64,000 nt of DNA from Pseudomonadota bacterium. Its GTDB lineage: Bacteria > Pseudomonadota > Gammaproteobacteria > JAKAQQ01. Numbering within the stretch: position 1 is the stretch's first letter; each line of letters starts with the position of its first letter. This document shows, piece by piece, positions 8,468-18,758 of this stretch. The translations under genes and the position numbers were made by a program. The notes beneath the pieces were generated by a model, which saw only the letters and a list, made by a program, of their open reading frames with translations, did no database searches and was not told the origin of the DNA. The stretch lies in NCBI GenBank assembly GCA_027320085.1, contig DAHVLZ010000009.1, positions 288,001 through 352,000 on the forward strand, given 5' to 3'.

Positions 8468-9643
8468 ATGGACCGTGAACAAGCCATTAAGTTCGTCCAC
8501 GATTTGCTGCGCATCATGACCCAGCGCAGAGCCTCGGATCTCTTCATCGCAGCTGATTTCCCACCCGCCATGAAGATTGATGGTGAGGTCAAACCGGTAT
8601 CCGACCGTCCCTTTACTGCGGAACAGTCGGGTGTGATTGTCCGTGCCCTTTTCAATGACCGGCAGTCCCGCGAGTTCGATGCAACCAAGGAAATCAGTTT
8701 CGCAATAGCGCCGAAGGGGATTGGTCGGTTCCGGGTCAGTGCCTACGTCGAACAGGGACGGTTGGGTGCAGTTCTCCGCACGATTAATACACAGGTCCCC
8801 ACAGTTGCCGAACTTGAGCTTCCACGGATCCTGGAAGACATCTCTCTCACCAAACGCGGGCTCGTGCTGGTGGTCGGAGCAACCGGCTCGGGAAAATCTA
8901 CCACTCTGGCGGCTATGATCCATCACCGGAATATTGTTGCTCATGACCACATTGTTACCATTGAGGATCCCATTGAGTATGTCCACGGTCATGGATCCTG
9001 CCTGGTCACCCAGCGCGAACTGGGCGTGGATACCGAATCTTGGGGGGCCGCCCTCAAAAATACACTGCGACAAGCGCCTGACGTCATCTTGATTGGGGAG
9101 ATTCGAGATCCTGAAACCATGTCATACGCCGTTGAGTTCGCCGAAACCGGACACCTCTGTCTCAGCACCCTGCATGCCAACAATGCCAACCAAGCGTTGG
9201 ACCGAATCATTAATCTCTATCCCAAAGAACGGCGTCAGCAGTTGCTCATGGACCTTTCGCTGAACCTCAAAGCCATGGTCTCCCAGCGCCTCCTCCGACG
9301 GGCAAGCGGTACCGGCCGAGTGGCAGCCTTGGAAATCCTGGTCAACACGCCGTTGGCCGCTGACCTGATCTTCAAGGGTGAAATTGCCGAGCTCAAGGAA
9401 CTAATGGCAAAGTCAGTCAACGCTGGTATGCAAACATTCGACCAAGCGATTTTTGACCTTTACGAGAACGGTACCATTAGCTACGAGGAGGCACTCCGCA
9501 ATGCCGACTCACAGAATGAGCTACGCCTCCGGATTAAGCTCGAAAGCAAACGGGCTTCACGACCAGACGATTCCGAGCTTGATCAGCTTCATTTATCGGA
9601 ACCGGAAACGGCGCAACCCAAGTCACTTCGTCCCGGAAAATAA
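8468..9643 (+). CDS. pilU: PilU family ATPase
   Basis: ASDLFI, GATGSGKSTT, LRQAPDVILIGEIRD, TLHANNANQALDRII, NADSQNELRLRIKL. Confidence 0.96.
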   Translation: MDREQAIKFVHDLLRIMTQRRASDLFIAADFPPAMKIDGEVKPVSDRPFTAEQSGVIVRALFNDRQSREFDATKEISFAIAPKGIGRFRVSAYVEQGRLGAVLRTINTQVPTVAELELPRILEDISLTKRGLVLVVGATGSGKSTTLAAMIHHRNIVAHDHIVTIEDPIEYVHGHGSCLVTQRELGVDTESWGAALKNTLRQAPDVILIGEIRDPETMSYAVEFAETGHLCLSTLHANNANQALDRIINLYPKERRQQLLMDLSLNLKAMVSQRLLRRASGTGRVAALEILVNTPLAADLIFKGEIAELKELMAKSVNAGMQTFDQAIFDLYENGTISYEEALRNADSQNELRLRIKLESKRASRPDDSELDQLHLSEPETAQPKSLRPGK

Positions 9644-9682
9644 TCTCCTGCCAACTCCCCGATACCCTGTCTGGAAACTTAG

Positions 9683-10738
9683 ATGAATCTAGAACCTTAT
9701 CTGCGCCTGATGGCCGAAAGAGCCGCCTCGGATTTGTACCTGACCACAGGCTCGCCCATCAAGATCCGAGTCCAAGGGAGAGTTCTATCTGTGGGCCGGA
9801 CTCCACTCGACGAATCGATGATCAGGGAAGCGACCCTTGGCATCATGAATGAAGCACTGATCAACCAGTTCGAGAATCGTCACCAAGCTGAATTCCCCCT
9901 GGAAATTACCGGAGTAGGGCGTTACCGGGTGAATGTGTTTCTCGAACGAGGCCGGGTTGCCATGGCCATCCGTTTTATTCCGATCAAGATCCCTGAATTG
10001 GACACCTTGGGGTTACCTGGAGTTTTGAAGGAGCTGATTCGTGCACCAAGAGGACTCATCCTTGTCGTGGGCGCGACAGGTGCTGGGAAATCCACAACCC
10101 TGGCTTCCTTGATTGACTACCGTAATGCACACCAGGCGGACCATATTCTCACCATTGAGGATCCCATCGAGTACGTCTACGAAAACCGCCTCTCGATTGT
10201 GAATCAACGTGAGGTCGGGAACGACGTTCTGAGTTACGCAGATGCCTTGCGTAGCGCATTGCGCGCGACACCCGATGTTCTGCTTATTGGTGAAATTCGG
10301 GACTCAGAGACCATGTCTGCCGCAGTTGAAATGGCCGCGACGGGCCACCTCACCTTGGCCACACTCCATACCAGCAATGCCCATCAGACCCTTGAACGGA
10401 TCCTCAACTTGTACTCCGAATCGGCCCAGAAACTGGTACTGACTGACCTTTCAATCAACATGCGGGCAATCATCGCCCAGCGGCTGGTTCCCAATGTGGA
10501 TGCGAAACTGGTTGCAGCTGTCGAAATCCTGCTCAATACCCCACATATGGCGGACTTGATTCACAAGGGAGAACTCGGTATGTTGCGTGAAGCCATGGAG
10601 TCGAGCCATGAAATTGGAATGCAAACATTCGATACGGCGCTCTACCAGCTCTACCGGGACGGCATCATTGACCTCAAGACCGGACTGAACTATGCCGATT
10701 CCCGAACCAACCTTGAAAACAAGATCCGTTTCGGCTGA
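9683..10738 (+). CDS. Second PilU-like type IV pilus ATPase
   Basis: ASDLYL, GATGAGKSTT, TIEDPIE, PDVLLIGEIRD, GHLTLATLH, GMQTFD. Confidence 0.92.
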   Translation: MNLEPYLRLMAERAASDLYLTTGSPIKIRVQGRVLSVGRTPLDESMIREATLGIMNEALINQFENRHQAEFPLEITGVGRYRVNVFLERGRVAMAIRFIPIKIPELDTLGLPGVLKELIRAPRGLILVVGATGAGKSTTLASLIDYRNAHQADHILTIEDPIEYVYENRLSIVNQREVGNDVLSYADALRSALRATPDVLLIGEIRDSETMSAAVEMAATGHLTLATLHTSNAHQTLERILNLYSESAQKLVLTDLSINMRAIIAQRLVPNVDAKLVAAVEILLNTPHMADLIHKGELGMLREAMESSHEIGMQTFDTALYQLYRDGIIDLKTGLNYADSRTNLENKIRFG

Positions 10739-12758
10739 ATATTCAACCGTCCCCGTATCTCTCCGCATCATTCCAAGAGTTCTGGGAGTCGGGAGCCTTG
10801 TCGCGCTTTGCCTGCTACCGGCCTTCGGAGCCGGCCCCACCAAGACGATAAAGAGTGGCACTTCCCTTGTTGCGCCCGGCTTTGCCAATTCCCGCGCCAT
10901 CCATGTCAGTCTATCCCCCAACGGCCATTGGCTGGCCATCGCAGGGTATTTCGGTGCTGCCCACCAAGAAGGACTGGCTCTCCTCAACCTGAGGGAGCCC
11001 CGCTATGACCAGCGCCTGCACGTAGTCCGCAAAAGCCAGATCAACCATCTACGGTGGGCAGGGCCCCACGTTCTGCTAGCCACGACCCGGATCAAGCTGC
11101 CAGGCTACCGCAAAACCCTTCGGAGTGGAGAGATTTGGGCCATCCACCTGATTCATCATCACGCCCAAAGTAGCCTCCTTGCCGGATATCGGAAACAAGG
11201 CCTTGCGTTCAACATCGCTATTTACCTGATCCTGTCCCCACTCGACCATGATCCAGACCGGGTGGTAGTCGAGCGCTATTCTTCCGTTGACCTTGCACCG
11301 GAGACCGACATCCTAAATGTCCAAACCGGCCTCATGCTGCGTGGGATCCATAGTCCACTGACAAACGGACAACTATTAACCGACAACGACGGGCATGTGC
11401 GTCTAGCCTTCGGTACGAACGCACTCACCGGACAAATCGAGTTATGGTTCCGGAAACCACATACCCTGGAATGGAAGAATTTGAGCTTTCTCCTCAAGAA
11501 CTTTGGGCCGGCATCAAATGTGAGACCCCTCGGGTTTCTACCTGGCAATCGCCACTTTTACCTCCTCCGGACCAGTCATTACGGCACCCTTGGGCTTTAT
11601 GCCGTAAACCCTGACAACGGGAGAGAAACCCGGCTCTATGTCAATCCCAAAAACGATATCCTGAGGATTGCCCGGTCGCCCTCCGGGCGGGTTTATGCGG
11701 TCTGGGTGGGGATCCAGAAACCACACTGGGTTGTGATTGCCCCCAAAAACCGCGAAGCCGAATGGCTTAGATTACTTTCACCGGTCTTCCGCAACCAGCG
11801 GGTCACCATCCGGGACGTCACCCGTGATCGCACCATGGCTTTGATCCGCGTCCGGGGAGATCGCAATGCGGGAGAATACTATCTCTTCGATCCCAAAAGA
11901 CACCTCTTGCGATATCTCCTGAGTACACAACCGGGAATAGCGCCACCTGAACTGTCTTCTTGGCACACGTTCATGCTCCCTTGGCGTGGCCTCAAAGAAC
12001 CGGTCTATCTGGCTTATCCGCACGGTCCGGCCCGTGACCGCAAGGGTTTGGTCGTCTGGATCCATGGGCACCCCTTCGAGGAAGGCATACGCTGGCGTTC
12101 TGATCCTCGCCTCCAAGAACTCACACGCCATGGTTTCGTAGTTATGGAAGTTGACTACCCGGGTTCCTTTGGCCGTGGGAAAGTCTGGCGCCAACTGGGG
12201 TACCACCAATGGGGTAGAACCATGCTGGATGGGATCTGGGCCGCAGTTCGCTGGGTGGCTGGACAGCACGGGATCCCCTTTGGCCGGCTGGCTCTGGCAG
12301 GGCATGGTTACGGCGGATATGCCGCACTCATGCTCGGAGCCGAGCACCCCAGGCAGGTTCGGGCAATCGTGAGCCTGAACGGCATTTATGAACTGTCGTT
12401 GCTGAGAACGCCTGAGGAGCGATTATGGCGTTCGCCTTTTGGCAGGCGGTTCCTGAATACGGTACTTGGGCATCAACACCTCAATGCCGACTCTCCTCTT
12501 GCCCGTGCCCGATCAATACGTGCACCAGTTTTCCTGATCCATGGAGGAAGAGACTCCAGGGATCCTTCCGGTGGAGAAAACCATCTTGTATTGATCCTCA
12601 AAGAACACTCTGTTCTGGTCCGGCTCCTTGAAGAACCCACCCAAGGCTGGCATTTCACAGGCGCTCGCACCCGCTCCAAGATTTGGCGTGGGATCGCAAC
12701 TTTCCTGAACCAGGCATTTGCGTCAGGGTCTCCCCTCACCCCGATCCACCGTGACTGA
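10692..12758 (+). CDS. S9 (prolyl oligopeptidase) family-like exported protein with degenerate catalytic motifs
   Basis: Signal-peptide-like N-terminus, propeller-like middle, alpha/beta hydrolase C-terminus (VDYPGSFGRG, QWGRTMLD, APVFLIHGGRD). GHGYGG stands where GxSYGG is expected. Confidence 0.8.
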   Translation: MPIPEPTLKTRSVSAEYSTVPVSLRIIPRVLGVGSLVALCLLPAFGAGPTKTIKSGTSLVAPGFANSRAIHVSLSPNGHWLAIAGYFGAAHQEGLALLNLREPRYDQRLHVVRKSQINHLRWAGPHVLLATTRIKLPGYRKTLRSGEIWAIHLIHHHAQSSLLAGYRKQGLAFNIAIYLILSPLDHDPDRVVVERYSSVDLAPETDILNVQTGLMLRGIHSPLTNGQLLTDNDGHVRLAFGTNALTGQIELWFRKPHTLEWKNLSFLLKNFGPASNVRPLGFLPGNRHFYLLRTSHYGTLGLYAVNPDNGRETRLYVNPKNDILRIARSPSGRVYAVWVGIQKPHWVVIAPKNREAEWLRLLSPVFRNQRVTIRDVTRDRTMALIRVRGDRNAGEYYLFDPKRHLLRYLLSTQPGIAPPELSSWHTFMLPWRGLKEPVYLAYPHGPARDRKGLVVWIHGHPFEEGIRWRSDPRLQELTRHGFVVMEVDYPGSFGRGKVWRQLGYHQWGRTMLDGIWAAVRWVAGQHGIPFGRLALAGHGYGGYAALMLGAEHPRQVRAIVSLNGIYELSLLRTPEERLWRSPFGRRFLNTVLGHQHLNADSPLARARSIRAPVFLIHGGRDSRDPSGGENHLVLILKEHSVLVRLLEEPTQGWHFTGARTRSKIWRGIATFLNQAFASGSPLTPIHRD

Positions 12759-14847
12759 ATCCGGCGTGGGAATCGACAAACCCCCAACCCCCAAGGCCCG
12801 CAAACCGCTGCCCCCGGACGCTGAATCCTTCATTTCGGAAATCGTCCGCTGGGGGTTTCATGGACTTGAAGATCTGCTGTTTGATCTCCCGCTGCGCTAC
12901 GAAGACGAAACCCAAATCACACCCATCGGGGCACTGGCACCAGGTCAGTCCGCGTTGGTCCAGGGAAAAGTTGAACTAGCCGATATCCGATACATACCTC
13001 GTCGTCAGCTGTTATGCCGCATTGCCGATGGAAGCGGTCACTTGCACCTACGGTTCTTTCACTTTTACAACTCGCAACATGTCGGATTTAAGCGAGGTTT
13101 GACGGTCCGGGCATTTGGCACCCTACGGGAAGGTGGGCTGGGCCGGGAGTTTATCCATCCGCGATACCGGGTTTTCAAGGGCAGTCTGCCTCCGCTTAAA
13201 CGGAACCTGACCGCAGTCTATTCCAAGCGGGCCGGAGTGGAGTCGCGCCATCAGGAACGACTGATTGCCATGGCACTCGACCTCATGGAACAAAAACAGC
13301 TCGAACTACCCGATCATCTACCTCCTACACTAATCCGGCCATGGGCTTCCTGCAGTCTTCTGGAAGCACTGCGTGGTGTACACCAGCCCCCAGCTGGCCT
13401 CCCACTGGAATCACTCGAGAATTGGCTCAAACCTTATCAAAGGCGACTGGCCTTTGAGGAACTGCTCGCTCATGCCTTGTCACTGCGAAAAATCCGAATG
13501 GTCTGGGAACGTGCACGAAGCCACCCTCTTACTATTCCCGCCAAACCACTGGCCCATTTTCTCAAAACCCTGCCCTGGGAATTGACCGGAGCCCAGCAAC
13601 GTACTTGGCATGAGATCGAATGCGACCTCTCCAGTGGAAAACCCATGCTCCGGCTTCTACAGGGAGATGTCGGTTCCGGGAAAACCCTGCTTGCCATTCT
13701 GGCCGCTTGGGCTACTTTGATAAATCGAGGACAGGTCGCCGTGATGGCCCCGACCGAACTCCTCGCTGACCAGCATTACACCACCTTTCAGAGATTTCTT
13801 TCCCCACTGGAGAAACCTGTTCTGAGACTGGCTTCCCGCTCCCCGAAAAGCCAGCGACGCCTGATTCTGGAGTGCCTTGCCGCGGGCACACCCTGTGTGG
13901 TTATCGGAACTCAAAACCTGTTCCAAAATGAAGTCGTCTTTGGCCATCTGACGACCGTCATCATTGATGAACAGCACCGATTCGGAGTCGAACAACGTCT
14001 GGATCTGGTCAACAAAGGCACCCGGACACGCCCCCACCAACTCATCATGACGGCCACACCGATCCCCCGTACCTTGGCGATGTCACTGTATGCAGGCCTG
14101 GATCAATCTCGTCTCGACGAACTCCCACCGGGTCGCCAAGGGATCTCGACAACGATTTTCCCAGCCGAGCGACGCGCTGAAATCATGTCGCGGCTGCAGG
14201 CATTGTGTGAGAAAGGTCAGCGAATCTTCTGGGTATGCCCAAGAATCGAGGAAAACGAGGGTTCCGGTGGCCGTGCGGCAGAAACAGCGCTTGAGGACCT
14301 CCGAAGGACTCTTCCCCAACTTCCCGTAGGCCTGCTACATGGACGGGTTGGCGGTCCTGAGCGACAGCAGATCATTGAGGGATTCCGGGATGGTCGGATC
14401 CCGATTCTCGTCAGCACGACTGTCGTCGAAGTCGGAGTTGATATCCCGGAAGCGACAGTCATGGTAGTTGACGGCGCGGAGCGATTGGGCCTCTTGCAGT
14501 TGCATCAGCTGCGTGGCCGTGTTGGCCGAGGGTCACAGCCGGGCCAATGCCTGTTGATCTATGAAACCCTTTCTCCGGATGCCCGTTCACGTCTTGAGGT
14601 CATGCGGCAAAGCAGTGACGGGTTTTGGATTGCGGAACAGGATCTTGAAATCAGAGGGCCGGGTGAGATCTGGGGGGCGCGGCAGAGCGGAGGATTGAAC
14701 TTCCGCGTTGCCCAGCTTTACCGGGACCGAGACCTCCTTACACTCATTCCTGAGGCCACCCAAAGGCTGGCTAACGAAAATCCTGAGACCATTGAACCTT
14801 TGGTCGCTCGCTGGATAGGAGGAGACCTGCGTTTCGGCAGTGCCTGA
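12751..14847 (+). CDS. recG: ATP-dependent DNA helicase RecG
   Basis: LPLRYEDET, LLQGDVGSGKT, DEQHRFGV, MTATPIPRTL, QLHQLRGRVGRG, DLEIRGPGE. Confidence 0.98.
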   Translation: MTESGVGIDKPPTPKARKPLPPDAESFISEIVRWGFHGLEDLLFDLPLRYEDETQITPIGALAPGQSALVQGKVELADIRYIPRRQLLCRIADGSGHLHLRFFHFYNSQHVGFKRGLTVRAFGTLREGGLGREFIHPRYRVFKGSLPPLKRNLTAVYSKRAGVESRHQERLIAMALDLMEQKQLELPDHLPPTLIRPWASCSLLEALRGVHQPPAGLPLESLENWLKPYQRRLAFEELLAHALSLRKIRMVWERARSHPLTIPAKPLAHFLKTLPWELTGAQQRTWHEIECDLSSGKPMLRLLQGDVGSGKTLLAILAAWATLINRGQVAVMAPTELLADQHYTTFQRFLSPLEKPVLRLASRSPKSQRRLILECLAAGTPCVVIGTQNLFQNEVVFGHLTTVIIDEQHRFGVEQRLDLVNKGTRTRPHQLIMTATPIPRTLAMSLYAGLDQSRLDELPPGRQGISTTIFPAERRAEIMSRLQALCEKGQRIFWVCPRIEENEGSGGRAAETALEDLRRTLPQLPVGLLHGRVGGPERQQIIEGFRDGRIPILVSTTVVEVGVDIPEATVMVVDGAERLGLLQLHQLRGRVGRGSQPGQCLLIYETLSPDARSRLEVMRQSSDGFWIAEQDLEIRGPGEIWGARQSGGLNFRVAQLYRDRDLLTLIPEATQRLANENPETIEPLVARWIGGDLRFGSA

Positions 14848-14930
14848 TTCCGATGCCGAGGTTCGTGACTATAATAACTGGATCTCCAGCATCACTCTTG
14901 CGTTTCGGAACCATTTGGTTTTCTCCTGTT

Positions 14931-15500
14931 ATGAAACAACAATTTTTACAGAGTCATGGCTGGCATCAACCGGAGTGGTGGAGTAGCGCTCGTGACGACC
15001 CAGTCTGGCCGTGGCTTACTGACGAAGGTTCTCTGACCGCAAAGCTCAGAAAATGGGCAGGAGAACATCTCCGTTTGGTTCCATTTATGGAAGTACACAC
15101 GGCTTTCGATTCGGATGACATGCGCTTTCTTGGCTCGTCCACATCCGTTGCCGGACTCCGTCGTGAGGTCGCTTTTTTTTCGGAGTCGGAACCCTGGGTA
15201 TTTGCCTCCACCCTGATTCCAGACGAAACACTCAAAGAGGAGCCTTGGTTAGTTCATCTCGGAACCACTCCGCTTGGCGATCGTTTGTTTGGAGAAAAAA
15301 GGGGTCAGCGGATCAGGCTCGAAATCGCCCAGATCCGGACTGGGCACCCGCTCTATGAAGCATCCCGCTGCCAACTGGGCCGCCTACCCACCTGGTTTTG
15401 GGCACGTCGCTCACTTTTCCGAGTGGGCCACCATTCACTCATCGTCCAGGACGGCTTCATAGGATTCAGGGCCCCCTGGAGAGGAACTTCGATCCTCTGA
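14931..15500 (+). CDS. ubiC: Chorismate pyruvate-lyase (start may be 14853)
   Basis: WLTDEGSLTAKL, RREV, PWVFASTLIP, LGTTPLGDRLF, WARRSLF. Confidence 0.85.
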   Translation: MKQQFLQSHGWHQPEWWSSARDDPVWPWLTDEGSLTAKLRKWAGEHLRLVPFMEVHTAFDSDDMRFLGSSTSVAGLRREVAFFSESEPWVFASTLIPDETLKEEPWLVHLGTTPLGDRLFGEKRGQRIRLEIAQIRTGHPLYEASRCQLGRLPTWFWARRSLFRVGHHSLIVQDGFIGFRAPWRGTSIL

Positions 15501-15633
15501 ATCCCATCCCGTCCAGATTTGGCATCCGTGAGCCAGTGCTATAGGATAGCGGGCACATACTGGAGATTTTAATTCCAGTTCACTCCCAACTCGGCCGTGA
15601 TGGCCCCTCCCCAGCAATGCAGGAGAGTGCACC

Positions 15634-17172
15634 GTGCGACAAATCGTCAAAAACAGTTTACTGGTCGTTTTGAGCGTGACTTCAGCCGGAGCTTGGGCAC
15701 GCCTGCCAGTTCATGAACCCGTCGCTCCTGCCCACCCGATTCTCGGGCGCCGCATTGTCAGCCACGGGGTGGTTGTGGTGGATGGCCGCCGCATCCCTTA
15801 TACGGCAACCGCGGGAACTCTTATTCTCAAAAACAAAAAGAACCAGCCAACAGCTAGCATGTTTTATGTGGCCTATACCCGTTCTGGCGTCCGCCACCTC
15901 TCGCAGCGACCGATCACATTCGTCTACAACGGTGGACCTGGTTCATCCTCCGTATGGCTACTCATGGGTGGACTCGGTGCTGTCCGGGTTGTCACAGCCA
16001 ACGCTCGGGTCACCCCGCCACCACCTTACCCCGTGATTTCCAGCCCATCGAGCCTGTTACCGGTCACCGATCTGGTATTCATTGATGCTGTTGGCACCGG
16101 ATACAGCCATGTGGTTGGGGTTGGCCGGGACAAAGATTTCTGGGGAGTCGATGACGACGTGCGCTCTTTTGGACAATTTATTGAGCGCTACATCAGCCAG
16201 AACAACCGCTGGAACTCACCCAAGTTCCTGCTTGGAGAAAGCTATGGGACCACCCGATCGGCCAATCTTGTGGATTACCTCGAGGGGCAAGGAATCACCT
16301 GTAATGGCGTGATCCTGCTTTCCTCTATCTTGAACTACGGGGATTCCTGGCCCGGTACCGATCTGCGTTACATAACCTACCTGCCTTCCTATACGGCAGT
16401 CGCCTGGTATCACCATGCCTTGCCTGAGCAACCGGCACATCTTGCCCCTCTCATCCGCAAGGTCGAGCAGTTTGCCCGAACCTCCTACGCTTATGCCCTT
16501 TTCCAGGGGAGTCGTCTCAGCCCGGCCAAGAAAGCTGCCGTTCTGGCCACGCTGCATCAATATACAGGCCTCAGTACCGGCTTTCTCGAGGCGGTCCACC
16601 TACGGGTCACTCCGGACCGTTTTAGAGCGCAACTGCTAAGAGATCGAGGCCGTGAACAGTTTGTTGGCCGGCTTGATGCACGCTTCACAGGGATCAATCG
16701 GGATGGGGCCGAGGAATCCCCGGACTACGGGGCGCTCATGGCCGCCGTTTCGCCCGCTTTCACGGCGGCATTCAACTGGTATGTCCGCGAACGCCTGCAT
16801 TACAGCGCTCATCGCGCCTATCGGGTGATGAACGGGCAGGTTATCCAGAAGTGGAACTGGAATCACCGGTTTCCGGGAGCTGGTTACTCCTGGCCCTTGC
16901 CTGATGTTGCACCCAACCTGGCGGATGCGATGAGGAAAAACCCCTATCTCCAGATTTTTTCAGGCAATGGATATTTTGACCTCGCAACACCGTTTTACAA
17001 GACCGAGTTCGACTTTGCCCATATGAAACTCCCTCATCGCCTCATGACACGAATCCATTTTCACTTCTACCACTCCGGGCATATGCTCTACCTTCACCCA
17101 GCCACCCTGGCTCATCTTGACCGCAATCTGATCCAGTTCTATCACATGGTTCTTGCCAGAGATCACCAGTAA
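15634..17172 (+). CDS. Exported S10-family serine carboxypeptidase
   Basis: Signal peptide; NGGPGSSS, FIDAVGTGYS, GESYG, DLATP, SGHMLY; AGGAG RBS. Confidence 0.93.
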   Translation: MRQIVKNSLLVVLSVTSAGAWARLPVHEPVAPAHPILGRRIVSHGVVVVDGRRIPYTATAGTLILKNKKNQPTASMFYVAYTRSGVRHLSQRPITFVYNGGPGSSSVWLLMGGLGAVRVVTANARVTPPPPYPVISSPSSLLPVTDLVFIDAVGTGYSHVVGVGRDKDFWGVDDDVRSFGQFIERYISQNNRWNSPKFLLGESYGTTRSANLVDYLEGQGITCNGVILLSSILNYGDSWPGTDLRYITYLPSYTAVAWYHHALPEQPAHLAPLIRKVEQFARTSYAYALFQGSRLSPAKKAAVLATLHQYTGLSTGFLEAVHLRVTPDRFRAQLLRDRGREQFVGRLDARFTGINRDGAEESPDYGALMAAVSPAFTAAFNWYVRERLHYSAHRAYRVMNGQVIQKWNWNHRFPGAGYSWPLPDVAPNLADAMRKNPYLQIFSGNGYFDLATPFYKTEFDFAHMKLPHRLMTRIHFHFYHSGHMLYLHPATLAHLDRNLIQFYHMVLARDHQ

Positions 17173-17187
17173 ACCGGTTCGCAGGAG

Positions 17188-18627
17188 ATGCTGGATATGC
17201 GCCGAACCATTGCTGCGTCACAAACTCTAGACAGGGATGCGGTCGGGTTCTGGCAACTGACCTACCAGTCTATCTCGCTGATTGCTCCGGCTGGCGCGAT
17301 GGCAGCAACCTTAACCGGTGCCGCCGTCTATGCGCGGGGCGCTCTGCCCTTGGCCATGCTGGCCGGCGTCATCACGGCGGGCCTCATGATCAATACCACT
17401 CTCCAGTTTGCAAAATCGATTGCCTCAGCGGGCGGGTTTTATAGCTATATTGCCCACGGACTGGGAAGCCGATGGGCAGTTTACGGGGCCTTCCTATTTC
17501 TCATTTCCTACTTCAACATCTTGACCAATGCCACTATTTTCGTTGGTGGGGTTTTCCTCCCTGGTACCCTCCACCATTTCTTGGGCATTGCTTCCCCGGG
17601 GTGGCTTTGGTGGCCGGTTACTCTCCTATTTTATGGGGTGGTTCTCCTGCTGGCACTCAAGGGGATCCGCCCTTCACTGCGTTATGCAGTCTGGACCGGG
17701 ACTGCCGAAATTGTTGTTCTTCTCGTCCTGTCGATCCTGCTGATCATCCAATCTCCGAATCCTGTGACTTGGGAAGTGCTGAACCCGTTCTGGGCCAAGG
17801 GTGGCTTGAGCGGCTTCGGACATGGGGTCCTGATCGCCATGTTCGCCGTTTCCGGATCCTCGGCAGCAGTCGCATTGGGCGAGGAAACACGATCTCCCCA
17901 AAAGCGCATCCGCGGAGCTGTGATCGCAGCTTTTTTCTTCTCGTCCGTATTGTTCCTGCTCATGGCTTATGCTTTGACGGTAGCCTGGGGTTATACCCGA
18001 ATGGGCAGTTTTGCCCAGTCGCTTGTTCCTGGAGCAATCCTTGTCCAGGAGGTGCTGCATTCGCCCGTCTTGGCCTGGCTTATCCTTCTGTTGATCGCAA
18101 ACTCGATGCTCGCGGGCAGTCTAGCGCCGCTGCTCAGTTGCGCACGGATGATCTTTGCTCTTGGCCGTGATGGGGTCGTTTTTCCGGAACGGTTGGGACA
18201 AACCGATGCACGGCGCAATCCGTCACAGGCCCTGATTGTGACCACGCTCGCTGCCGCTGCTCTTTCCTTGTGTACCGGATTCTGGCTGGGCCCATTTCAT
18301 GGCTACATCTTGCTCATCACCTTGAGCAGCCTGGGACTCTTCTTGGGTCATATCCTGGCCAACTGTGCACTCGGACCATTCGCTCGCAGGACAGGACATA
18401 GCCACTGGCTCCTTCACTGGGTGATTCCGGCAATGGCCTCACTGCTCATTGCCGCTGCCATGGTCCTGACGCTGGTTCCCATTTCAGCCCGAATTGCGCT
18501 GGCCCCTCTTTTTATTCTTCTCACTCTCGGCATCGTCTGGTTGCGTTTACGCCGAGCATCACCGGAGAAAATTGCTGCAGCCGGTCGCCTCAATGTGATC
18601 GACGAAATTTCCTCTCCCACGCTTTAA
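17188..18627 (+). CDS. APC-superfamily amino acid permease
   Basis: About 12 TM segments; SAGGFYSYIAHGLG, LGEETRSP, ARMIFALGRDG. Confidence 0.9.
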   Translation: MLDMRRTIAASQTLDRDAVGFWQLTYQSISLIAPAGAMAATLTGAAVYARGALPLAMLAGVITAGLMINTTLQFAKSIASAGGFYSYIAHGLGSRWAVYGAFLFLISYFNILTNATIFVGGVFLPGTLHHFLGIASPGWLWWPVTLLFYGVVLLLALKGIRPSLRYAVWTGTAEIVVLLVLSILLIIQSPNPVTWEVLNPFWAKGGLSGFGHGVLIAMFAVSGSSAAVALGEETRSPQKRIRGAVIAAFFFSSVLFLLMAYALTVAWGYTRMGSFAQSLVPGAILVQEVLHSPVLAWLILLLIANSMLAGSLAPLLSCARMIFALGRDGVVFPERLGQTDARRNPSQALIVTTLAAAALSLCTGFWLGPFHGYILLITLSSLGLFLGHILANCALGPFARRTGHSHWLLHWVIPAMASLLIAAAMVLTLVPISARIALAPLFILLTLGIVWLRLRRASPEKIAAAGRLNVIDEISSPTL

Positions 18628-18758
18628 ATCCAAACCCCATCAGAAACAACCCCACGACCGGGCGCATACACCCCCCCCTCCGCCCTTGACCCGGGTCTAA
18701 CCGCCCACCAAAAAACGGGGCAATTACACAAAGCGGCTTGAACAGTATGGGCAGCCGT

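Noticed and set aside
8192-9073. Long antisense or alternative-frame ORFs (also 17472-18170, 36984-37760, 45860-46284, 59047-59673, 60448-61143)
   Set aside because: They are shadows of well-supported genes in GC-rich DNA and carry no recognisable motifs.
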